A DNA stretch of 27,212 bases, from positions 1 to 27,212 of the forward strand of contig CAYUTF010000007.1 of assembly GCA_964447495.1 (NCBI GenBank), read 5' to 3'. The first letter of the stretch is position 1. Every line of letters starts with the position of its first letter. Made by a program: the position numbers and the translations under genes. This DNA comes from an uncultured archaeon (GTDB lineage: Archaea > Asgardarchaeota > Lokiarchaeia > Sigyniarchaeales > SOKP01). The notes beneath the pieces are model-generated. The model was given only the letters and a program-made list of their open reading frames with translations, was not told the DNA's origin and ran no database searches. Of this stretch, positions 14,971-23,407 are shown piece by piece.

Positions 14971-17807
14971 GTGCCGGTAGTCAAATGCTCTTGGGGATTA
15001 GGCTTCAGTTAGACGCTGAAGGGTTGGTGACAGGGGCCTCCGTAGCCGAGAGTTCTCTCCAAAAAATACAAAACAATGTGCACACCACGCAGCGGAAGGT
15101 TTCCGAAGCCGGTAACGCAATGAAAGACTCCATGAATGCGAGTCTTGGCGTAGGAGCTTTGGGGACGGCTGCGATGGGGGTGGGGAAGGCTTTAGATGCA
15201 GCCATCACCCCGGCGATAGACCAAGCGAAGTCTTTTCAGGTGGAGATGTCTCAGTTGAGATTTGTTTCGAAGGCGACGGAGGACGAGTTGAGGGAGCTCG
15301 AGCAGGTTGCTTTGAAGACCGGTTTAGAGACCCAGTTTTCCCCGCAGGAGGCGGCTGCGGCCATCCGGATGTTGAAGGCAGCGGGTTTGTCTACCGAGAC
15401 ATCTCTCAAGAGTTTGAGTGCTACCCTTGACACAGTGACGGGTTCCGCGGGGTTGCTTGATTTGCAGACGGGTGCCACGGCGACAGCTGCGGCGTTGTTG
15501 AAGTTCAGCCATACGGGGGAAACCGCCCGCGATATTATGGATACGTTTGCCAATGCCACGCGAGAAACGAACTTGCAGTTCCACGACTTGCCTATTTTCA
15601 TCAACTCTTTGCGAGATGCGCCGGCAAAGATTAAGGCCACTTCAGCGGAGGCGATCGCTCTAGTTGGTGTGTTGAAGAATGCCGGTATGCAAGCTGCCCA
15701 GGCCGGTCAGACGGTGGATATGTTTGCCAACAAGTTCCTGGTGGTCTATCGAAGATTGGAGAAGTATCTAGAGAAGAATAACATTTCTGAGCAAGATTTA
15801 CTGGCCGGGTATACCGACAAGAAGATGCCCCAAACGGTAAAGGCTTTTCAGAAGCTGGGCGTTTCGATGTTCGACGTTAATGGCAACCTGAAGAACATGA
15901 CTCAGTTCTTCGGGGAGTTGATTGACGCCTCCACGAAGTTGTCAGGAGAGAGTGCGAAGAGTTTCTTGGTGACGGCTTCTACTGTGTTTGGAGCTAGAGG
16001 AGGCCCCCTTATTACCGCGCTTCGTGACATGAAACGGGGCTCGCTTACAGGCAGAGCAGCGTTTGAAGATTTGGTCCATACCCTAGAGAAGTCCGGCGGG
16101 GCTTCCCGGGAGGCCGCTAAGGCGTTTGAGGACACCCAAGTGGGTTTGGAAGTGTTCATTCAGGGCACAAAGGATACGATCAATATTGCTTTGGGAAAGA
16201 CGTTGATACCGTATTTGCATAAGTTTGGGGGTGTTTGGAAAAATGTGTTGGGGGCTTTCTTGGAGTTCATCGAGAATAACCCGGCGTTTGCCAAGGCTTT
16301 GATGGGCACTGCGGCAGCTTTGATGATAGTGGCAAAGATTGCTGGGTTGGTCATTTTGGCCTTCGCCGGGTTGTTGTTTTGGTCTACGGTGGTGTCTCCC
16401 GCGCTTGCTGCGGCAGGGGGCGCCGCCGGCATCGCTGCAATAGGGTTTGGGGCATTGCAGGCAATGTTGTGGCCTTTGATTCTGATTGCCGGAGCGGTTG
16501 CGGTCGTATTCGTGGCTTTGTACGGCGTAATAAAGATATTCAAGTATCTAATGACGGGCAATTTAGAGATCGCGAAGTCATTCCAAAGATTGATGAAGAC
16601 TTTCTCTATGATAAAGAAGGGGATTACCGAGCTTTGGTCCGGGGAAGAGGGTAAAGAGCAGACGGTTAAAGCCCTGAAAGCCATGGGGCTTTATGGAATC
16701 GTTACCACTATCATAGGTATTAAGAATCGGATTGTTGCCGTCTTCAGTGGGTTTGTGGATGGGCTGATTTATGGGTTCAAGTCGATAGCTTTAGTGCTGT
16801 ACCCCGTTCAGCTGGTAATAAGCTATGTTATCGATGCCTTCAGAAGATTGTTTGAGTCTTGGGGTCCTATGAAGGATGTTTACGAAGTGGCAAAAGGATG
16901 GAGAGCTTTTGGGTTTATACTTGGATGGATAGCTTCAGTAGTCCTAACTGCGTTGATTGTTAAGGTGGCATTGTTGGCATTGCCGTTTGCCATTCTCGCG
17001 GCGAAGGTATTAATTGTAGCAGCAGTAATTTATGGAGTTGTGTGGATACTGCATAAGATCTTTGTGGGACTAGGTACTCTAATAGGCTGGGTTGCATTTA
17101 AGATCTATCAGTTCTTTGTCTGGTTAAAAGAAAAGGCTTTTGCTTTCGGGGTGTATTTCTATGTTGCGTTCTTGAAGCTCAAAGTATCTCTAGTGAAATT
17201 AGCCGTGGGGATATTCCGAGCAGTCGCTAGTCCTATCGCAAGTGTGGGGATATTCATCCGGGATAGTTTTAATAGGGCTGTCGGATATTTGATGAGTTTG
17301 AAGACCCGTGCGGCACAGGCGGCGAGTGGGTTCATACAGGCCTTCTTCGATGCTATCCGGAGCAGGTGGGAAGCAGTTAAGGAATGGTTTAGTGGGGCGT
17401 TGCAGTGGATTCGGGACCGGCTCCCGGGTTCGGACGCCAAAGTAGGTCCCTTATCGACTCTCACACGAGCTGGACAGGGTTTCTCGCGGGCTTTCGGTGA
17501 GGGCATAGAGCAAGGGGCTCCTGAGCTTCAGGGAAGAGTTACTCGAGTCCTTGAGGGCACCGCACCGGACGGGGAAGGACTTGCCGGGGCTTATGCCAAG
17601 CCTGACGGGGTTCTCCCGAAGGGTGAAGGTGCTGAAGACCGGAAGGCGTCTATTACCAACAGTCGAGGCGGAACGGTAATTACGATTCAAAAGATGGAGT
17701 TCAATGTTGCGGAGGCTACTCCGGAAGAAGCCGAGAACCTTGCCGCGCTGGTTATTGAAAGAATCCGGACGATGTTAGATGAGGAGCAGGAAGTGGGGTT
17801 TGTATGA
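14967..17807 (+). CDS. Tape measure protein (TP901-family core)
   Basis: 946 aa, Ala/Gly-rich, with TQFSPQEAAAA..L..AG motif, long hydrophobic segments, aromatic-spaced repeats and LPGSDAKVGPLS. Confidence 0.93.
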   Translation: MSAGSQMLLGIRLQLDAEGLVTGASVAESSLQKIQNNVHTTQRKVSEAGNAMKDSMNASLGVGALGTAAMGVGKALDAAITPAIDQAKSFQVEMSQLRFVSKATEDELRELEQVALKTGLETQFSPQEAAAAIRMLKAAGLSTETSLKSLSATLDTVTGSAGLLDLQTGATATAAALLKFSHTGETARDIMDTFANATRETNLQFHDLPIFINSLRDAPAKIKATSAEAIALVGVLKNAGMQAAQAGQTVDMFANKFLVVYRRLEKYLEKNNISEQDLLAGYTDKKMPQTVKAFQKLGVSMFDVNGNLKNMTQFFGELIDASTKLSGESAKSFLVTASTVFGARGGPLITALRDMKRGSLTGRAAFEDLVHTLEKSGGASREAAKAFEDTQVGLEVFIQGTKDTINIALGKTLIPYLHKFGGVWKNVLGAFLEFIENNPAFAKALMGTAAALMIVAKIAGLVILAFAGLLFWSTVVSPALAAAGGAAGIAAIGFGALQAMLWPLILIAGAVAVVFVALYGVIKIFKYLMTGNLEIAKSFQRLMKTFSMIKKGITELWSGEEGKEQTVKALKAMGLYGIVTTIIGIKNRIVAVFSGFVDGLIYGFKSIALVLYPVQLVISYVIDAFRRLFESWGPMKDVYEVAKGWRAFGFILGWIASVVLTALIVKVALLALPFAILAAKVLIVAAVIYGVVWILHKIFVGLGTLIGWVAFKIYQFFVWLKEKAFAFGVYFYVAFLKLKVSLVKLAVGIFRAVASPIASVGIFIRDSFNRAVGYLMSLKTRAAQAASGFIQAFFDAIRSRWEAVKEWFSGALQWIRDRLPGSDAKVGPLSTLTRAGQGFSRAFGEGIEQGAPELQGRVTRVLEGTAPDGEGLAGAYAKPDGVLPKGEGAEDRKASITNSRGGTVITIQKMEFNVAEATPEEAENLAALVIERIRTMLDEEQEVGFV

Positions 17808-18355
17808 AGATATCCGGAACTAGAGCTAGAAGAGCCTACCTAGCGAAAATTTCTAACGGTGAAATTCAGTATGTGTATGAGTTTCAATTCAATCCTACTG
17901 AAGATGAAAAAGCGCGTGAGGTCGAATGGGGGTGGGCAGCAGCACAGGGAACCGCCTTGCCTGAAGCTGTATTTACACGAATCGCCAGCGAGAAGTTCAC
18001 AATGCAGCTCTTCCTAGACGCAACGGAGAATTACAGTGCTGATAAGGAAGGTGTAAGGGCAGATATTGCTGCGTTAGAGAGTTTTACATTTCCAGATCCA
18101 GATATGTATTCTGCGGATATGGGGCAAGTAGCTTCACCCCCACCGGCGCTTTTTGGTATTGGCGAGGATGTGTATAATATTGTTGTTGAGAGTACCAATG
18201 TTAGAGTTGTAAGGCGGAATTTTGAAATGCATCCTACTAGAGCATTCGTAGACATAAAGTTATCATCCACTTTTACTGATGTTAAGAAGATTCAAGAGTC
18301 CATAATGAGAAACTCTGAGTTGGCTCGCAAGGTGTTAATAGCAAGGAGGGCATAG
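17804..18355 (+). CDS. Tube initiator/baseplate protein (CIS tube-like, T4 gp48/54-like)
   Basis: FQFNPTE, MQLFLDATE, PPPALFGIG and PTRAFVDIKL patterns; follows the tape measure gene. Confidence 0.75.
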   Translation: MKISGTRARRAYLAKISNGEIQYVYEFQFNPTEDEKAREVEWGWAAAQGTALPEAVFTRIASEKFTMQLFLDATENYSADKEGVRADIAALESFTFPDPDMYSADMGQVASPPPALFGIGEDVYNIVVESTNVRVVRRNFEMHPTRAFVDIKLSSTFTDVKKIQESIMRNSELARKVLIARRA

Positions 18356-18651
18356 TGCTATCCATAAGTTCAAGATATGTTTCGGTTGGGAAGATTAACT
18401 ATGTTGTAGCTTCGGGCGAGAGTATTGGAATTTTGAAGATGCGGCCGACTACTACAGTATCTGGTGATGAAACTCAGTCTTATATAGTTAGGGCTGGTGA
18501 TACTTTTGAAAGTCTTGCTGCAAAGCATTTAGGAAACGGAAGAAAATGGTGGATATTAGCAGATATGAATCCTCATATTTTTTGGCCGTTAAGTTTAAAG
18601 GCAGGGGATAGGATTGTTATTCCATCCATGGTTCAGGCGTTACTGTCATGA
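18355..18651 (+). CDS. LysM-domain baseplate protein (P2 gpX / T4 gp53-like)
   Basis: YIVRAGDTFESLAAKHLGNGRKWWILADMNP...LKAGDRIVIP. Confidence 0.88.
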   Translation: MLSISSRYVSVGKINYVVASGESIGILKMRPTTTVSGDETQSYIVRAGDTFESLAAKHLGNGRKWWILADMNPHIFWPLSLKAGDRIVIPSMVQALLS

Positions 18652-20144
18652 AAGAGTCGATTGTTTCTTTATGGGTTAATGGTAGGGCCATGTCTCATGA
18701 GCTCACCAGGAGAATTTTATCATTAAGTTTTACCGATCGTATAAATAAAGCCGATTCCGGAAGAATGGTGTTACGTGACCCTAATTCTGAGTTGTTTGAT
18801 ACAAGGATTTTGAAGAAAGGACAATTGCTTCACTTTATTGTTGGATGGGTTGATGAAGCGTTGCCGAAAGGCCCTTATATAATAAAGTCCTATAAAATGA
18901 CTTTTCCGGATAACGGTGAGCCAAGTCTCACAGTAGATTTTCAGGATTTAAGCCATAAGCTCGATAAAAAACAGAAAAAGCGGAAGCACGTGGGTACGGC
19001 TGCAAGTATTTTAAAGAAGATAGCCAAAGAGCATGGGTTGGGATATGATATTGATTCGATAAACGGCTTGGAGTTTACTGATGATTTTCCTTTGAATCAG
19101 GCATCATATTCGGACGCCACAATGCTACAGTTACTAGCCGATCGTTATGGTTATACTTGGGGAGTTTCTAATGGTAATCTGGTTTTTAAGTATCCTGCCG
19201 ACAGACAGATGAAAAAGAAGGCTGAGCCTGCCGTATTATCATATAGGATAAATGATTGTTCTATAGCCTCTTTTGACCCAGAAATTAAGTATAGTAAAAA
19301 TGGAAAGAAGACTGGGGCTAACAAGGAGGATGATAATATTGATTTATGTGCGGATAACGATAAGGGAAGTGGCATACTGGAAACCTTTTTGTCTAAGGAT
19401 ATGTCTGAAGAAGACCGGCAGGTCTTGTTCGCAGAGCATAAGAACGAAGCTGAAATTGCTGTGCTAATAGAAGAGAATTTGGGGTCACTTTTAGCTAAAA
19501 ATGTTGGTGAAGGATTCCGTAAGTTTTATCATGAAGCGGTAGACAGTTCTGAGCGCCTTATAAGTTGGGCAGCTGGAACGGGATATCAGACAACCAACGA
19601 GAGTTTCAATCGAGCCGAGAGTCAGTGGTATACTCGACAGATTAAAAAGGATGTTGATCTACATACAGACCCTAATCTAAGTGACGATCCGGATGCACCC
19701 CAGTCCATTTACGACGAGGTTTGGGAGTTAGAGAATGCCGAAACAACATGGGCGACACCGGCTATGCTTGAAGAGCTTGCCCGCCGTAATAGAGCAAGAT
19801 TCAGCACAAGAGAAGTTGTAAAAGCCAAGGTTGCTTTACGACTGGCTTCTGTTGGGTTTCATCCAGGAGAATCGGTTACAATTGCTGGGGTAGGACGGTT
19901 TTTGTCCGGAGACTATCTGATAAAGGAGGTTGAACATACCTTTCAAAGAAGCGGGATGCCGTTTAAGACGAGTTTAAATGTGGCTAGGTCAAGGTTAGGG
20001 GCGAGTAAAGCTGCCTTACAAAGAATCATTAAGCAGGAGGAACGGGTTAGAAACGGTAGGGTGTCTGTTTCAGGGAGAGCTGAAAAGACATATGAGCCAG
20101 AATTGGATCGAGTCGGTATTGTGAATAAGGTTGATAATGCTTAG
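18648..20144 (+). CDS. Baseplate hub protein (GpD / gp27-like)
   Basis: SLSFTDRINKAD, LKKIAKEHGL, Q...SDATML..LADRYG, and C-terminal GVGRFLSGDYLIKEVEHTF. Confidence 0.85.
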   Translation: MKESIVSLWVNGRAMSHELTRRILSLSFTDRINKADSGRMVLRDPNSELFDTRILKKGQLLHFIVGWVDEALPKGPYIIKSYKMTFPDNGEPSLTVDFQDLSHKLDKKQKKRKHVGTAASILKKIAKEHGLGYDIDSINGLEFTDDFPLNQASYSDATMLQLLADRYGYTWGVSNGNLVFKYPADRQMKKKAEPAVLSYRINDCSIASFDPEIKYSKNGKKTGANKEDDNIDLCADNDKGSGILETFLSKDMSEEDRQVLFAEHKNEAEIAVLIEENLGSLLAKNVGEGFRKFYHEAVDSSERLISWAAGTGYQTTNESFNRAESQWYTRQIKKDVDLHTDPNLSDDPDAPQSIYDEVWELENAETTWATPAMLEELARRNRARFSTREVVKAKVALRLASVGFHPGESVTIAGVGRFLSGDYLIKEVEHTFQRSGMPFKTSLNVARSRLGASKAALQRIIKQEERVRNGRVSVSGRAEKTYEPELDRVGIVNKVDNA

Positions 20145-21345
20145 TTCGGATGAGTTCAAAAGAAGATTTTCCAAACGGTATTTCGGTAAGTATCGAGCGT
20201 ATGTTCGGGATGTTCAAGACCCAAAAAAGCTTGGTCGTATAAAGGCCGTGGTTCCAGCAGTTTTAGGAAATGAAGACGATGTTGGTTGGGCGTATCCCCT
20301 CCCCTCTTCTGGGGGTGGCGTTAATACGGGAGACCTTCAGCTTCCGGAGAAAAATGATTTTGTTTGGATAGAGTTTGAGGAAGGGGATGTGAGCCGGCCA
20401 CTGTGGTCTCCGGGGTCGTGGGGAATACGTGGCGGGGAGAGCATGGTTCCGAAGCACTCTAGGGGGGAGTTAGACGAGACTGATTATGTGTATCGAGAGA
20501 CGGGGAACCTTCCCCCAACCCAGTTTTCCGGACAATACGGCAACGTCCGGGTGATTCAAAACAGGTCTGGAGGCAATTTCATAGAGCTCGACGATACCCC
20601 GGGAGAAGAGCGCTTACAGATAAGCCATCGAACGGGTACTCGAGTAGAAATGACGGCTGACGGAAGTCTTCAGGAGGCATCGGCGGGGACTGTCAGGAGG
20701 AACATCGGCGGGGCGCATTCAGTAGAGGTTGCTGGGAATGAAGAGGTTTCGATTAAAGGAGCGAGCACGTTCACGGCTGAAGCTCAGAGAACGGAGACCT
20801 ATGGGGGGCCGGTCACCCAGAACTTTGGTGAGTTGACTCAAGTGGCGGGGAACATCTCCCAGAAGAGTGAAGCCAAGACTCAGGTAGTGTCCGGACCTTG
20901 GGCTGTTCAGTGTGGGGGTCAGGGGAGCATGATGTTCAACGGTGCCCTTGCGTTCATGATACAGCAGAACCTTCAGATGACCGTTTTAGAGAATGCGGAA
21001 ATTGCTGTATCCAATGCCACGGGATTGCCTACAGCGGATTCTCTGTTGATTCAGGGATACAATGGGAATGTCCATCTAACCGCCACGGACGCTACTGGAT
21101 TAGTGTCAAAAGCAGAGGTGTTGTTGAAGGGGAACTCCCCCACGGCGAATATCCTCCTAGGCGGGGATACTGCAACGGAGCCGATGGTCTTGGGCAACTT
21201 GTTCAAAACTTGGATCACGACGTCATTGCTGTTGCACACCCACCCGACGGGTACCGGGCCTAGCGGTCCTCCAGTTGAAGCTGCGGCTATTTCGGCTCAA
21301 ATCGACACCTTTTTGTCTACGGTTATCATGGGGAAATTCGTATGA
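20137..21345 (+). CDS. Central spike (gp5/gpV/VgrG-like OB fold plus beta-helix)
   Basis: YFGKYRAYV....DPKKLGRIKAVVP, LPE..D.VWIEFEEGDVSRPLW, IELDDTPGEERLQISHRTG, C-terminal HTHPTGTGPSGPP. ATG 20137 preferred over TTG 20131. Confidence 0.9.
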   Translation: MLSSDEFKRRFSKRYFGKYRAYVRDVQDPKKLGRIKAVVPAVLGNEDDVGWAYPLPSSGGGVNTGDLQLPEKNDFVWIEFEEGDVSRPLWSPGSWGIRGGESMVPKHSRGELDETDYVYRETGNLPPTQFSGQYGNVRVIQNRSGGNFIELDDTPGEERLQISHRTGTRVEMTADGSLQEASAGTVRRNIGGAHSVEVAGNEEVSIKGASTFTAEAQRTETYGGPVTQNFGELTQVAGNISQKSEAKTQVVSGPWAVQCGGQGSMMFNGALAFMIQQNLQMTVLENAEIAVSNATGLPTADSLLIQGYNGNVHLTATDATGLVSKAEVLLKGNSPTANILLGGDTATEPMVLGNLFKTWITTSLLLHTHPTGTGPSGPPVEAAAISAQIDTFLSTVIMGKFV

Positions 21346-21866
21346 GTATGCTTTCAGTCGTAGCTCAGTTTCCGGGAGACCTTCAAAGTTTGTGGGAGGG
21401 TGCTGATGAGAATACTACGGTGTATGAAACGGCAGATTTGATAGAAGATTTCTGGGGGAATTGTGAAGTTTCAGGGTATCCTCAACCGGCCAACCAAACA
21501 AATGTTATTTTACAGACATCGTATCCGGGGTTCAGTCTCATTTCTGAGCCGCTTTTATCCCACACAGCGGCGTATGCAGCGCAAGCTTTCGAGACGGGTT
21601 TGACAGCTTTATGTTTGGCTACAACTTTTACTTTGGTAGCGCCCCCCTCGGCCATACCGCCGATTTTACCGGCGCCGGGAGGACCGGCTACCCCAGGGTT
21701 GTTGACCGCGGTTTTGACCGCGATATTCACAAGCGGAGCTGCTCCAGGGGCGGTAACACCCACTGCTCCTTTGGTTGCGGCGGAGATAATCAAATTTTTA
21801 AATGGGTGGTTATGTAATGTCTTGATCCCACCGGCTACGACGCCGGTTCCATTGCCAATAATATGA
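21342..21866 (+). CDS. Pro/Ala-rich hypothetical protein
   Basis: ATGA overlaps with both neighbours; 174 aa. Confidence 0.65.
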   Translation: MSMLSVVAQFPGDLQSLWEGADENTTVYETADLIEDFWGNCEVSGYPQPANQTNVILQTSYPGFSLISEPLLSHTAAYAAQAFETGLTALCLATTFTLVAPPSAIPPILPAPGGPATPGLLTAVLTAIFTSGAAPGAVTPTAPLVAAEIIKFLNGWLCNVLIPPATTPVPLPII

Positions 21867-22081
21867 AAAAGTTCGATGAAATTATTGTGAGAGATACAGC
21901 CAAGGAAATTGCCCGGCGGTGCAAAAAAGCACAAAGCCAAAGCCTTGCTGTAAGGGCTAAAGTGTTTGTTGATGTAGTCGTATTTCTTGCGGAGTATCGA
22001 ATAAATCAACTGGAAAAGCAGTTAAGAGCTCTTGCAGTGGTTACCCGAGACAGGGTTGAGAGGAGCAATAATCATGGCTGA
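21863..22081 (+). CDS. Small basic helical hypothetical protein
   Basis: ATGA overlap with the upstream gene; fills the gap in the operon. Confidence 0.55.
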   Translation: MKKFDEIIVRDTAKEIARRCKKAQSQSLAVRAKVFVDVVVFLAEYRINQLEKQLRALAVVTRDRVERSNNHG

Positions 22082-23024
22082 GTGGAAAAGCTTTAATCCA
22101 AGCGACTTAATGCCCAATGAAATTATGGATTTAGCTTCAACATGTAGTTCTGTTGGAGACCAGGTTGCTACAGTTTTGGATGCAGCGGCAACTGTGTTGG
22201 ATGTGATAAAGAATTTTGTTTCTGGGTATAATGACCCGTTAGCTTCAGTCATTGATTCGTTACAGGATTTGATAATGTCCACTGTTCAGCAGTTTACCCA
22301 GGCCGGAGTTTATATGCTGAAGCATGTTCCGTTATCTTCGAAGGTTCCTGCGAGCCCAACGAGGTGGCTGTATGATGTAGCGAGTTCTTTGGACGATGTT
22401 TATGATGGAAATCGGCCGATATTGGTTGACCCTAATGCCTATATAGGTGCCGTAGTTTTCATGGCAACCTCCCAGTATTACAAGGATTTGATGAGTTTGT
22501 TCTATGGTATGCTGAGGTTGTTTGGGCTGGCCGGGCCTACAGAAGACCAAATAGCTGCTTGGAAAGATATCGGAGTTGACATCCCCATAGTTCCAGGAGT
22601 TGGGAGGGCACCTGATTGGGAGTCAAAGCGAATGATTGATTTCATTCCTGAGTTGGGAACTCTTGCCGACTTGCTCATAAACTTCTCTTTGGGGATAGCC
22701 GCAGCTCAGGGGGCTTCGGACTTGTACGGAATGTTTGCTGACCAACTTGCGGCAAAAGCGGAAGCGTTAAGGTCCATTGCCGACGATGCAGCGTCGATTG
22801 CCAGCAAGTTTGAGCAGAATATGGGGTTTGAGGGGGCTTATATGCTGCCCATCTATGGACAAGGGGATAAAGAGTGGTTACAGAGTCAACTAATCAATTC
22901 TACTGGAGGGCCTAGGGATATACGGGATGCACAGTTCTCTCTGGGTGTGGTATTCTTGGCTACAGGAGGCACATCAACCCCGGCCGATTTGCTGTTTACA
23001 TTGATGGGGTTGAGTACGGAGTAA
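22074..23024 (+). CDS. Hypothetical baseplate-region protein (316 aa)
   Basis: RBS GAGGAG precedes ATG 22074, which is preferred over TTG 22032; acidic and helical. Confidence 0.7.
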   Translation: MAEWKSFNPSDLMPNEIMDLASTCSSVGDQVATVLDAAATVLDVIKNFVSGYNDPLASVIDSLQDLIMSTVQQFTQAGVYMLKHVPLSSKVPASPTRWLYDVASSLDDVYDGNRPILVDPNAYIGAVVFMATSQYYKDLMSLFYGMLRLFGLAGPTEDQIAAWKDIGVDIPIVPGVGRAPDWESKRMIDFIPELGTLADLLINFSLGIAAAQGASDLYGMFADQLAAKAEALRSIADDAASIASKFEQNMGFEGAYMLPIYGQGDKEWLQSQLINSTGGPRDIRDAQFSLGVVFLATGGTSTPADLLFTLMGLSTE

Positions 23025-23030
23025 TTCATT

Positions 23031-23399
23031 ATGGACTATCCGCAGGGAATAAAGTTTCCTTTTCGTATTCAGCCAGCGGGAGGTGTGGGTTTAGTGAGTT
23101 CTGGGACGAAGATAACTTCTAACCTGCATGCCTTAATTTTAACCTTTGTAAATGAAAGGTTGATTTATAAGAGTGTGGGTACTGTAGGATATATGGCCGT
23201 ACTCCGAACTAATAGTATCGTTGGGTTATTGCGGCATCTAATAGAGGAAGCAATCACTTCGTTTGAGCCGAGGGCTGCAAGAGTGCGGGTGGAAGTCATC
23301 CCTAGAGAAGAGTTCGGAACTCAGCGAGTGTACGTAAACGTTTCATATGTTTTTACTCTTTCGGGAGAAATGGTTTATAGTGAGCTAAGGTTAATTTAG
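23031..23399 (+). CDS. Baseplate wedge protein gp25/GpW-like
   Basis: GIKFPFRI, ILT...ER and IEEAITSFEPR motifs. Confidence 0.85.
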   Translation: MDYPQGIKFPFRIQPAGGVGLVSSGTKITSNLHALILTFVNERLIYKSVGTVGYMAVLRTNSIVGLLRHLIEEAITSFEPRAARVRVEVIPREEFGTQRVYVNVSYVFTLSGEMVYSELRLI

Positions 23400-23407
23400 G
23401 AGGCACA

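Noticed and set aside
16290-17260. Hydrophobic segments suggesting a membrane transporter
   Set aside because: They are part of the tape measure ORF, where such segments are common.
18355-18651. LysM protein as an endolysin or cell-wall hydrolase
   Set aside because: It has no catalytic domain, and its size and position match the structural baseplate LysM/gpX protein.
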